From Candidatus Eiseniibacteriota bacterium (GTDB lineage: Bacteria; Orphanbacterota; Orphanbacteria; Orphanbacterales; Orphanbacteraceae), in NCBI GenBank assembly GCA_043809585.1, contig JBDROZ010000022.1:1-64000 (forward strand): a stretch of 64,000 bases of DNA, given 5' to 3'. The notes under the pieces were generated by a model. It was not told where the DNA came from. It saw only the letters and a program-made list of their open reading frames with translations, and made no database searches. Shown piece by piece: positions 31,143 to 39,893 of the stretch (positions within the stretch are counted from its first letter, which is position 1; the number at the start of each line of letters is the position of its first letter). A program made the translations under genes and the position numbers.

Positions 31143-32498
31143 CTACCGCCCGAGGACGCTCGGATCGATTCCGGTGTTCCTTCGGACCGCGACGGCGAAC
31201 CAGGCGTTCCGGACGACGCCCGCCGCGATCGCCGCCGCCGCCGCGCCGGCGGCGGACCAGGGGGGAATGAGCAGCGCGCAGAGGATCAGGTTCGCGGCGG
31301 TCCCTACGGCGGTCCCGAGCGCCGCCTGCCGTTCGTTTCCCGTCATCATGAGCGCCGGAACGGCGGGACCGACGGCGCTCCCGACCGCGAGCCCCGCGGA
31401 GAGCGCGACGAGGACGCCGTATCCCGGCACGAACTCCGGCCCGAAGAGGGAAAGGAACCAGCGGCCGAAGAGAACGAAGGCCGCCGTGGTGACGAGGGCT
31501 CCGGCGAGGGCCACGCGGGCCGCCTTCGTCGCCACCCTCTGCATCTCCCCCCGGTCCCCGGCGGCGTGGAAACCGGCGAGCGTCGGGGCGATCACCGTGT
31601 TCACCGTGAACTGGACGAAGAGGACGAACCAGGAGACCTGAACGGCGACGGCGTAGACGCCCACCGAATCGGCGCCGAGAATCGAGCCGAGCATGATCGT
31701 CCCGATCCGGGAGTTGAAGATCAGGACGCCGCTCGCGAAGAGCAGATAGAACGCGCTCCGGGCCCACGGGCGGGCCAGAAACCGGGGCTCCGCGTCTGTG
31801 ACGACCGGCGGTATCCGGCGCCGGAGCAGTCCGGTCGCGACGACGAGCGAGACGGCGACGGCGACCACGTTCATGAGGAGAACCCAGGTCACGCCTACGG
31901 AGGAACGAAACAAGACCACGGAAATCGAAACGAGACCGGCGAAGAGGGCGGGCCGGACGAGGCTCTCCGCCACCTGGCCGAGCAGGATGTGCTGGAAGCC
32001 CTGGAGGGCGGCCTGCCGAACCCGGGTCAGGGCGACCGGGGGAAGGTAGAGCAGGGAGACCAAGAAGGGGACCAGCGCGTCGGACGCTCCGCTCCCCGCG
32101 GCGACGCGCGCCACGAGCGCCGCGACGGCGACGAGAAGAACCGAAACGAGGAGAACGGCCCGGCGGGACGCGTCGAGGAGCCCCCGGAGGGTCCCCCACG
32201 ACCGGAGCGTCACGTTCGAGGCGACCTCCCGCACGAGAAGACGGTCGACGCCCATGACGGCGATCACGGCGAGAACTTCGACCCACGCCATGGAGTAGGC
32301 GTAGACGCCGTAGCCGGCGGCGCCGAGGACGCGGGCGAGCAGGAGGCTGACGAGGAAGCCGAACAGGGTCGCCGCCGAGCGGAGCCCCGCGGTGCCGATC
32401 ACCCCGCGCGTGAGAGGGCGTTTTCGATGGGCCAGGGCCCGGCCCGCCCAGCCGGAGCGGGGGCGGGGGTCCGCCGCTGGCGAGGGACCGAGAGTCAT
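31143..32498 (-). CDS. Second Wzx-type flippase
   Basis: LARVLGAAGYGVY, VGVYAVA and LIPPWSAAGAA. Multi-TM. Confidence 0.8.
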   Translation of the reverse strand: MTLGPSPAADPRPRSGWAGRALAHRKRPLTRGVIGTAGLRSAATLFGFLVSLLLARVLGAAGYGVYAYSMAWVEVLAVIAVMGVDRLLVREVASNVTLRSWGTLRGLLDASRRAVLLVSVLLVAVAALVARVAAGSGASDALVPFLVSLLYLPPVALTRVRQAALQGFQHILLGQVAESLVRPALFAGLVSISVVLFRSSVGVTWVLLMNVVAVAVSLVVATGLLRRRIPPVVTDAEPRFLARPWARSAFYLLFASGVLIFNSRIGTIMLGSILGADSVGVYAVAVQVSWFVLFVQFTVNTVIAPTLAGFHAAGDRGEMQRVATKAARVALAGALVTTAAFVLFGRWFLSLFGPEFVPGYGVLVALSAGLAVGSAVGPAVPALMMTGNERQAALGTAVGTAANLILCALLIPPWSAAGAAAAAIAAGVVRNAWFAVAVRRNTGIDPSVLGR

Positions 32499-32652
32499 CA
32501 ACCTTCCCCTTCCGTTCCGTCATGGAATCCGGACGGACGGGTCGGAACCTATCACGGGGCGGCGCGGCGTTCAATCGGGCCGGCGGGGGCCTTCCCTCCC
32601 GTCCCCCCTCCTGGTATCCTCGCGATCGAACGACCGACCGGGAGAACCGCCC

Positions 32653-33303
32653 GTGACTTGTCGACTCTCCATCCGCGAACTCACCCTCCGCCCCGCCCCC
32701 GAGGCGAAGGAGATCCGCGTCACCGTCGAAATTCCGGAAGGAGGGGCGGCCGTGCTGCAGGGGGCGTCGGGGAGCGGGAAAACGACTTTTCTCCGGGCCG
32801 TGGCGCGCCTCCGGGAGGTCGAAGGGGGGGAGATCGATCTCCGCGGGACGCCGTGGAGGGCGATCCCTCCGCGGGAGTGGCGGCGCCGGGTCGTCTTCGT
32901 CCCGTCGAAGCCCCAGTTCCGGGAGGGGACGGTGGAGGCGAACCTCCGCTTCCCCTTCTGCCTCAAGATCGCGAAGGGGGAGACGTTCCCGGGCGAGCAG
33001 GCCCGCGCCCTCGCGGGGCGGATGGGCCTGGACGAGAAACAGCTCGGCCGGGAGACACGGGTACTCTCGGACGGAGAACGGGCGAGGGTCGGCCTCCTAC
33101 GCGCCCTCCTCGCGAAACCGGAAGTCCTCCTCCTCGACGAGCCGACGGCCCCCCTCGATCCGGAGAGCCGGACCGCCGTCCTGGACCTGCTCCGGGAGGA
33201 GCGGGAGCGGACGGGCCTCGCCCTCCTCGTCGCCTCCCACGACGAGCGCCTCGCCGAGAGCCTCGGCGCGGCGGTGTGGCCCCTGCTCGGGAGGGACGAA
33301 TGA
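32653..33303 (+). CDS. ABC transporter ATPase (FetA/YbbL-like)
   Basis: GASGSGKT, LSDGE and LLLDEPT. GTG start after GGAG. Confidence 0.85.
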   Translation: MTCRLSIRELTLRPAPEAKEIRVTVEIPEGGAAVLQGASGSGKTTFLRAVARLREVEGGEIDLRGTPWRAIPPREWRRRVVFVPSKPQFREGTVEANLRFPFCLKIAKGETFPGEQARALAGRMGLDEKQLGRETRVLSDGERARVGLLRALLAKPEVLLLDEPTAPLDPESRTAVLDLLREERERTGLALLVASHDERLAESLGAAVWPLLGRDE

Positions 33304-34088
33304 GCGGCGCCATTCCCATCAGCAATCTGCAGCTTCTCTTCGCGGTGGTCCTCGTCGCCCTGGCGGGGGCGATCTCGGCCCTCCTCCGGCTCGGGCTCCT
33401 CCGCTCCCTCCTCTGGGGGACGGTGCGGACCGTGGTGCAGCTTCTCGTCATGGGGCAGATCCTGGTCTTCCTCTTCTCCATGGAAGCCTGGTGGGTCGTA
33501 CTCGGCGTGGTGGCGCTCATGTGCCTCTTCGCCGCCCATACGGCCCGCTCCCGGACGCCCCACGCCGTTTCCTATTCGATGCGCTACGCCTACCTCTCCC
33601 TCTTCACGACCACCGTGCTGATCGCCGTGACGGTCTGCGCGCTCATCGTGCGGGCCGACCCGTGGTGGTCCCCCCGCGTCGCCATCCCCCTCGCCGGGAT
33701 GATCCTCGGGAACTCGATGAACGGGATCGCCCTCGCCCTCGACCGGCTCTTCTCCGAGACCCGCTCCCGGGCGGGCGAGATCGAGGGGCTTCTCGCCCTC
33801 GGCGCCTCGCCGTGGGAGGCGATCCGGGAACCCCTTCGCGCCGCCCTCCGGGCGGGCATGATCCCGGTGCTCAATTCGCTGAGGGCGGTGGGGCTGGTGT
33901 TCATTCCGGGGATGATGACGGGTCAGATCCTCGGCGGCGCCGACCCTCTCACGGCGGTCCGCTACCAGATCGTGGTGATGCTGATGATCGCCGCGGCGGT
34001 CGCCCTCGGCAGCCTGATCCTCGTCGGCCTCTACCACAAGCGCCTCTTCACGGAAGACGAGGCGCTCCGGCCGGAGCTACTGCAGTAA
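33300..34088 (+). CDS. fetB: ABC permease UPF0014 (FetB/YbbM-like)
   Basis: RTVVQL, IPLAGMILGNSMN, VGLVFIPGMMTGQIL and AVRYQIVVM. ATGA overlap with the ATPase. Confidence 0.88.
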   Translation: MSGAIPISNLQLLFAVVLVALAGAISALLRLGLLRSLLWGTVRTVVQLLVMGQILVFLFSMEAWWVVLGVVALMCLFAAHTARSRTPHAVSYSMRYAYLSLFTTTVLIAVTVCALIVRADPWWSPRVAIPLAGMILGNSMNGIALALDRLFSETRSRAGEIEGLLALGASPWEAIREPLRAALRAGMIPVLNSLRAVGLVFIPGMMTGQILGGADPLTAVRYQIVVMLMIAAAVALGSLILVGLYHKRLFTEDEALRPELLQ

Positions 34089-34101
34089 CGAGGACGCACC
34101 C

Positions 34102-34128
34102 AAAAAAAGGGGGGCGCGGGCCCCCCTT
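34102..34128 (-). terminator. Rho-independent terminator
   Basis: AAAAAAAGGGGGG-C-loop-G-CCCCCCTT hairpin with a U7 tail on the minus strand. Confidence 0.75.
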
Positions 34129-34151
34129 CGCGTTTCATCTTTCCGAACATG

Positions 34152-34886
34152 CTACCGGAACAGGCCCTTGACGCTGCCCCAGGTGGAGGACTCGGTCGAC
34201 GTCCCGTCGGTGCAGTTGTGCTCCACATTGTCCAGGCCCCACGAATCGACCGTGCTCACCGCGGAGAAAGTAGCCTGGTCGAAGGGGACGGTGCTCACGA
34301 TCCCGACGAACGAATCGGGAAGGTAGCGATCGGGGACGGTGATCATGCCGACGCTCCCGCCGCCGCTGAAGACCTCGATCGAGAACCCGCCGAGGGGGGA
34401 GCTGTCGGCCACGTAGGCGCCGATGGCCGTCGTCGGGCCGGCCATGTCGAAGGTTGTCGATCCGGTGGCGTAACCGCCGCCGGCACTCATGTCGTTGCTG
34501 AGGAAGTTCGGCTCCGTCGGCAGAAGACCGGCGGTGAACATCGGGAAGGGGAGGGATCCGGAAGACGTGACGTAGACCCCGGTCGGGCCCCCGATGTACG
34601 GTGAATACCCGGTCACGTTCGTGATGCACCGATCCGCGAGCTGGGTCGTGATCTGCGTGCCGCTGGGATAGCTTTCGAACGGGATCATCGTCGTGGAGCC
34701 GGTCACGTCCGCGAGCCACACGCCGTGGTCCGTGTAGCCCGTCACCGAGAAGGTGTTGGTGGCGACTCCCGGCTCGTGGTCGTCACTCGCCGCGATCGGG
34801 TTGCCCTCGGTGGCGAAGGCCGACGTCGCGGCGACGAGGGCGACGAAGAGGCCGGCCCGAACCATGACTTTCACAATCGACTTCAT
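34152..34886 (-). CDS. Secreted beta-rich protein with C-terminal TWGxVKxLFR tail
   Basis: Signal peptide (…VAATSAFA), AAGGAG SD, ends STESSTWGSVKGLFR. Confidence 0.8.
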   Translation of the reverse strand: MKSIVKVMVRAGLFVALVAATSAFATEGNPIAASDDHEPGVATNTFSVTGYTDHGVWLADVTGSTTMIPFESYPSGTQITTQLADRCITNVTGYSPYIGGPTGVYVTSSGSLPFPMFTAGLLPTEPNFLSNDMSAGGGYATGSTTFDMAGPTTAIGAYVADSSPLGGFSIEVFSGGGSVGMITVPDRYLPDSFVGIVSTVPFDQATFSAVSTVDSWGLDNVEHNCTDGTSTESSTWGSVKGLFR

Positions 34887-35154
34887 ACGGGAGACTCCTT
34901 TTTCGTGTGGGCGATCGGGAAACCCCGGCCGCCACTGGGGTGAATCGTTCGATCCGAGAGAGATTCTCGACTGTTCCGCATCAGAAGTGAATTCCGAAGC
35001 CAACCTCGCAGGGGAACGCCGTCTCCGTCGAATCGGGTTACGGTTTCAGAGGGACCTGGAGCATGATACCTGGACCTTTACTCGATGTCAACCGTAATCT
35101 CCTAAAAAGAGACCGTGAGAATATAACCTGGTTATCGCGATAGGTTTGCGGGTG

Positions 35155-35787
35155 TTATGGACGACAGTGCTTTCCGGTCGGCCTCGGGGGGGGACAATCG
35201 ACTCGTCGTCCGTTCGTTAGGAGATCGAGAAACAATCTGTGGACGGCCGGATCGCCCGTCAGTTCGGGGTGAAAAGTGGCGGCGAGGATTTTCCCCTGCC
35301 GGACGAAGACCGGGTCGCCGTTCCACGTGCCGATGACTTCGACGCCGGCGCCGGCGCGGGTGATTCTCGGCGCCCGGATAAAGACCATCGGGAACGGTTC
35401 CCCCCGAATGTTCCCTTCCGCCTCGAAGGAGTCGACCTGGCGGCCGTAGGCGTTCCGCTCCACCGATACGTCGAGGAGGCCGAGGGACCGTTGGGCGGGG
35501 CCGGTCACCTCCTTCGCGAGGAGGATCATCCCCATGCACGTCCCGAAGACATACCCCCCATCGGCCACGAACTTGCGGAGGGGTTCCTCGAACCTGTAAT
35601 CCTCGAATAGATGAAGGAGCGTGGTCGACTCCCCTCCCGGGATCACGAGACCTTCTACCCCATCCAACTCCTCGGGAAGCCGGACCTCCACCACCTCCGC
35701 CCCCAGCCGCCGCAGCACCTCCCCGTGGGCGTGAAACGCACCCTGGAGGGCGAGAAGTCCGATCTTGGGTTTTCGGATAGTGTTCAC
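35155..35787 (-). CDS. pdxT: PLP synthase glutaminase subunit
   Basis: GLLALQG, PGGESTT, GTCMG, RNAYGRQ, FIRAP and FHPELT. Confidence 0.93.
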   Translation of the reverse strand: MNTIRKPKIGLLALQGAFHAHGEVLRRLGAEVVEVRLPEELDGVEGLVIPGGESTTLLHLFEDYRFEEPLRKFVADGGYVFGTCMGMILLAKEVTGPAQRSLGLLDVSVERNAYGRQVDSFEAEGNIRGEPFPMVFIRAPRITRAGAGVEVIGTWNGDPVFVRQGKILAATFHPELTGDPAVHRLFLDLLTNGRRVDCPPPRPTGKHCRP

Positions 35788-35829
35788 TCTTGGTCCCTCG
35801 CGAATCCCCGAATTCTCTTCCCATCCGGA

Positions 35830-35921
35830 GCCCCGCCGGACTCGGTGGCGGCTCGTCCAAGTCGGCTTTTCGTCAGGCGGTCCGAGCCCTCGTAACGGAG
35901 ATTCATGCATAATCCAGCCTG
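35830..35921 (-). repeat. Degenerate left-half copy (E) of the structured repeat, inverted relative to copy C
   Basis: Minus strand reads CAGGCTGGATTATGCATG..TCCGTTACGAGG..GCCGACTTGGACGAGCCGC. The last 19-mer is exact to copies A and B. Confidence 0.75.
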
Positions 35922-35932
35922 GCAAGAGTCAG

Positions 35933-36118
35933 CGGTTGTCGGCGATCCGAACCAGATTCGTCGCGAGGGGCCGGAGTGCGCGGCGAGAGGGATGTTCGGA
36001 CGAGCCGCCGCCCGGAGGCGGGGCCTTTGCCCCGTCGAGGACGGCGGCGCAGGAGAACGCCCCTCGCAGCCCGCAATCCGGTACCGCAGTCGAAGCTGGT
36101 GAGGATCGCCGGCAACTA
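35933..36118 (+). repeat. Structured palindromic repeat, copy C (186 bp, lacks the inner module)
   Basis: Conserved TTCGTCGCGAGG, GGCGAGAGG, GGACGAGCCGC, CCCGGAGGCGGGGC, GCCCCGTCGAGGA, CTCGCAGCCCGC and CCGCAG. Arms GTTGTCGGCGATCC / GGATCGCCGGCAAC. The terminal CTA is the pdxS stop. Confidence 0.9.
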
Positions 36119-37003
36119 CCAACCTCGTGTCTGGAGGAGGTCTTTTTGATCAATCGATGCCACGCTGATGCCCCGCATCGCGTCGCCGAGCCCTTCCGAA
36201 ACCTCGGCGAGGATCTTCGGGTCCCGGTAGTGGGTCGCGGCGCGGACGATCGCCTTGGCCCGGCCCGCCGGGTCCTCGGACTTGAAGATGCCCGACCCGA
36301 CGAAGACCGCCTCGGCGCCGAGCTGCATCACGAGGGACGCGTCGGCGGGGGTCGCGATGCCGCCGGCCGAGAAGTTCGGCACCGGGAGCTTCCCCTCCTT
36401 CGCCACCAACCGCACGAGTTCGTAGGGCGCCCCGAGCTCCTTCGCCTCCGCCATCAGCTCCTCTTCGCCGAGAAGGGTGAGGCGCTTGATGCCCCCCACG
36501 ACGGAGCGGATGTGCCGCACCGCCTCGACGATGTCCCCCGAGCCCGCCTCCCCCTTGGTGCGGATCATCGCCGCCCCCTCGCCGATCCGGCGAAGCGCTT
36601 CGCCCAGGTTCCGGCAGCCGCACACGAAGGGGACCGTGAAGGCGTGTTTGTCGACGTGGAACATCTCGTCCGCCGGGGTCAGCACCTCGCTCTCGTCGAT
36701 GAAGTCGACGCCGAGGGACTGGAGGATCTGGGCCTCCGCGAAGTGGCCGATCCGGCACTTGGCCATCACCGGGATCGAAACGGTCTTCTGAATCTCCCGG
36801 ATCTTGCGGGGGTCCGCCATGCGCGCCACGCCCCCGTCTCTCCGAATGTCCGACGGCACCCGCTCGAGGGCCATGACGGCGACCGCCCCCGCGTCCTCGG
36901 CGATCTTCGCCTGCTCGGCGTTCGTCACGTCCATGATCACCCCGCCCTTCAGCATCTCGGCGAGGCCCGTCTTCAGCCGCAAGGTTCCTTTCGTCTCACT
37001 CAT
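36116..37003 (-). CDS. pdxS: PLP synthase lyase subunit
   Basis: [26 protein letters not shown] and [10 protein letters not shown]. Confidence 0.97.
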   Translation of the reverse strand: MSETKGTLRLKTGLAEMLKGGVIMDVTNAEQAKIAEDAGAVAVMALERVPSDIRRDGGVARMADPRKIREIQKTVSIPVMAKCRIGHFAEAQILQSLGVDFIDESEVLTPADEMFHVDKHAFTVPFVCGCRNLGEALRRIGEGAAMIRTKGEAGSGDIVEAVRHIRSVVGGIKRLTLLGEEELMAEAKELGAPYELVRLVAKEGKLPVPNFSAGGIATPADASLVMQLGAEAVFVGSGIFKSEDPAGRAKAIVRAATHYRDPKILAEVSEGLGDAMRGISVASIDQKDLLQTRGW

Positions 37004-37146
37004 GACTCCATCCTCCGGTCCCGTATCTCCGCCGGTTCATCCCCTTCGATACACCGCCCGGCCTTGCCGGACGGCACTCAGGACGAACGGCAGGAAGTGC
37101 TTTCCTGCCAAGATCCATACCCCAAACCTCACATCCCCCTTCGTCC

Positions 37147-38661
37147 TCACAGAATCACCGAAGGGGCGCCGCTCCTCGCCCCCTTCGGGCCGGCGATCTT
37201 CTTCTCCATGATGCGGGCGATGATCCGCACCCCCTCGGCGATTCGCTCCTGCCCCTCGAGCGTGAAGGAGAGGCGGAAGGAATCGCTCCCGCCGCCGTCG
37301 ACGTGAAAGAGCGGTCCCGGCGAGAAGTTCACCCCCTCCGCCCGCACCTCGAGAAGAAGCTCCACGGCATCGACGCCCCGGGGCATGGTGACCCAGAGCG
37401 ACATGCCCCCGTCCGGCCTCGTCCACGACACCTCTCCGGGAAAGTGCTCGGCCATCGAATCGAGGAGCACCCGGAGCCGTTTCCGGTTTTCCGCGCGCAC
37501 TTTCTCGATGTGCCTGTCGAGATGGCCCAGCTCGCAGAAGCGGTGGATCGCCGCCTGGACGAGCAGCCCGGCCGTCAGGTCCGTGCACCGGCGGATGCGC
37601 GCGATGGCCCGGTGGAGCGCCGGCGGGGCGGCGAGCCAGCCGAGACGGAGGCCGGGGAAGAGGATCTTGGAGAAGGTGCCGAGCTGGAGGACGTCCCCAC
37701 CCCCCGGGAGGCCGCGCAGCGAAACCTCCTCCTCCCCCCGGTAGCGGAGTTCGGCGTCGAAGGTGTCCTCGAGCAGGGCGACGCCGCGGCGGCGGGCGAG
37801 GTCGAGGACCCCCTCCCGCCGGCTCCGCCCCATGGTCACGCCCGTCGGGTTCTGAAAGGTGGGCATGCAGTAAAGGAGCTTCACCGGTTGCCGGTCGAAA
37901 GTCTCCTCGAGGGCCTCCAACCGGAGGCCTTCCCCGTCGAGGGGCACCGGCGCCAGCTCCGCTCCGTACAGACGGAACGCGCCGATGGCGTTGTAATAGG
38001 TCGGCGACTCGACGGCGACCGTGTCCCCCTCTTCGAGGAGCAGCCTGCCCACCAGGTCGAGGCCGGGCTGGGCGCCGTTCAAGATGAAGATCTCCTCTTC
38101 CGGGACCGGGGCGCCCCGGGCGGAGAGCCTCTCGGAGAGCCACCGGCGGAGGGGGGGATACCCCTCCCGAGTGCCGTAGTCGAGCACCGACGGGCCCACG
38201 TCCGTCACGATCTCCGCGAGGACCCGCTGGAACTCCTCCACAGGGAAGAGCTTCCGGTCGGGGACCATGCCGGTCAATTCGATGCGGAGGACCCCGTCTC
38301 CTCTCGTGATCCGGTCGAGTACATCCCCCCGGCCGACCGCCCTACGCGCGACCATCCGGTCCCACTCGTACCCTCCGTCGCCCCGCGCGCGGGAGGCCGA
38401 AGAACCGGGCGTCGCCGAACGGGGGCCGATGACGAATGTCCCCCTTCCAACGTCGGATTGGACCAGGCCAATCTTTTCCAGTTCCCGATAGGCCAAGGAG
38501 ACGGTGTTCCGGTTCACGCCGAGTCGCTCCGCGAGATCCCGCATGGAGGGGAGACGGGCCCCATTGTGTATTATGTTGTTATTAATATTGTTAGATATCG
38601 ACTTGACGATCTGGCGGTAGAGGGGGAGCTCCCGGGTTCGGTCGATACGGATTTCGGTCAT
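37147..38661 (-). CDS. MocR/GabR-family PLP-dependent transcriptional regulator
   Basis: GntR HTH (PLYRQI..RLPSMRDLAERLGVNRNTV) fused to an aminotransferase domain (PTFQNPTG, GTFSKILFPGLRLGW). Confidence 0.92.
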   Translation of the reverse strand: MTEIRIDRTRELPLYRQIVKSISNNINNNIIHNGARLPSMRDLAERLGVNRNTVSLAYRELEKIGLVQSDVGRGTFVIGPRSATPGSSASRARGDGGYEWDRMVARRAVGRGDVLDRITRGDGVLRIELTGMVPDRKLFPVEEFQRVLAEIVTDVGPSVLDYGTREGYPPLRRWLSERLSARGAPVPEEEIFILNGAQPGLDLVGRLLLEEGDTVAVESPTYYNAIGAFRLYGAELAPVPLDGEGLRLEALEETFDRQPVKLLYCMPTFQNPTGVTMGRSRREGVLDLARRRGVALLEDTFDAELRYRGEEEVSLRGLPGGGDVLQLGTFSKILFPGLRLGWLAAPPALHRAIARIRRCTDLTAGLLVQAAIHRFCELGHLDRHIEKVRAENRKRLRVLLDSMAEHFPGEVSWTRPDGGMSLWVTMPRGVDAVELLLEVRAEGVNFSPGPLFHVDGGGSDSFRLSFTLEGQERIAEGVRIIARIMEKKIAGPKGARSGAPSVIL

Positions 38662-38913
38662 CGGTCATCCTCCCGGGGAAGGGGGCTGTCTTGCATCCAG
38701 TCTACTCTCGATTGCCCCTCTTGTCACCCACCTTTTGTCCTATATTGAACTGGACCAATGAGAGGGAAGATAGACTCCCCGGTCGATGATGGAGCCCGCG
38801 CCGCCCCCCGCCGATCCTCCGACGGACCGGACCGACGGGAACTCGGGTCCCCGTCGCGGGTGCGAGGATATGGCCCGTGCTCATCGGGACTCTTTTTCGG
38901 GGAAAGGAATGGA

Positions 38914-39858
38914 ATGCGCCACGCCCTTCGACGAGGATCGATCATCTTGACGACCGGCGCCCTCGCGGCGGCGCTCCTGTCGCTGCTCCCCGTCCGGGCG
39001 TGGCCCCTCGAGTTTCTCGCGAGCTTCCGGGTCCAGATCATCACGGTCTGTTTCGTTTCCGCGGGGATCGCGTTTCTCGCCCGGCTCCGGTTGTGGGGAG
39101 CCCTCGGCATCGTGTTCGCCCTCGTGCTGGCCGGCTTCAGCCTCCCCCCCTTCGTCACCGCCGGCCATTACGGGTCCCGCGCCGAAGGGGAACCGCTTCG
39201 GATTCTCACGCTGAATCTCGAGTGGTCGAACCGGGACCTGGACGGCGTCCTCGGGCTCATCCGCCGCACCAATCCCGACATCGTCGCCCTCCAGGAGGTC
39301 GACTGGTGGTGGCGCCGGAAGTTGGAAGTCCTCGCCGCCGAATATCCGGCGCGCATCTTCGACGAGTCGAGCCCGAAACCAGGAGTCGCGGTTCTCGCGA
39401 AAGGCGATCCGGAGCGGGTCGAATGGTATTCCGTCTGCGGGCGGGCGTTCGCGAGCGTGCTCCTCCGCGACGGGGACCGGCGCCTCCGACTCGTCAACGT
39501 GCACGCCTATCCCCCGAAGACACCCTACCTGTACGATCTTCGCAACCGGCAACTGGACGCCGTGGCGGGGCGGGTCCCTCACGACGCCGTGCCGACGATC
39601 CTCGCCGGCGACCTGAACACGACCCCCTGGTCGACGGTCCTCCGCGATTTCGAGCGGACCACGGGGCTCCGGAGCACCCGCGCGGGCCGCGGAACGATCC
39701 CCACCTGGCCTTCGTGGAACATGCTCTTCGGCGTTCCGATCGACCATGTCTACTGCTCGGACCGGTTCGTCGTGGACGACGTGGTCCGGGTGGCCATCCC
39801 CGGCTCGGACCATTGCGGCCTCATGGCGACGCTCCGCCTCGGGGGGGCGCGAGGTTGA
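38914..39858 (+). CDS. Membrane-anchored endonuclease/exonuclease/phosphatase (EEP) family protein
   Basis: N-terminal TM helices, then TLNL, ALQE, AGDLN, IDH and GSDH. Confidence 0.85.
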   Translation: MRHALRRGSIILTTGALAAALLSLLPVRAWPLEFLASFRVQIITVCFVSAGIAFLARLRLWGALGIVFALVLAGFSLPPFVTAGHYGSRAEGEPLRILTLNLEWSNRDLDGVLGLIRRTNPDIVALQEVDWWWRRKLEVLAAEYPARIFDESSPKPGVAVLAKGDPERVEWYSVCGRAFASVLLRDGDRRLRLVNVHAYPPKTPYLYDLRNRQLDAVAGRVPHDAVPTILAGDLNTTPWSTVLRDFERTTGLRSTRAGRGTIPTWPSWNMLFGVPIDHVYCSDRFVVDDVVRVAIPGSDHCGLMATLRLGGARG

Positions 39859-39893
39859 CGGGGACGGCCTGTGAGCCGTACGATCGACGCCCC

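Noticed and set aside
30723-33299. Upstream part of the 1121-aa ORF (similarly the 5' extensions of 38877, 44878, 50925-54884 and 54938-56110)
   Set aside because: Out-of-frame read-through over neighbouring genes. Only the 3' portions have recognisable domains.
11468-36118. Elements read as UAG-recoding (PYLIS/SECIS-like) signals
   Set aside because: The upstream proteins are already complete at the TAG, read-through would add unrelated low-complexity tails, and no pyl or sel genes are in the window. Not strictly excluded.
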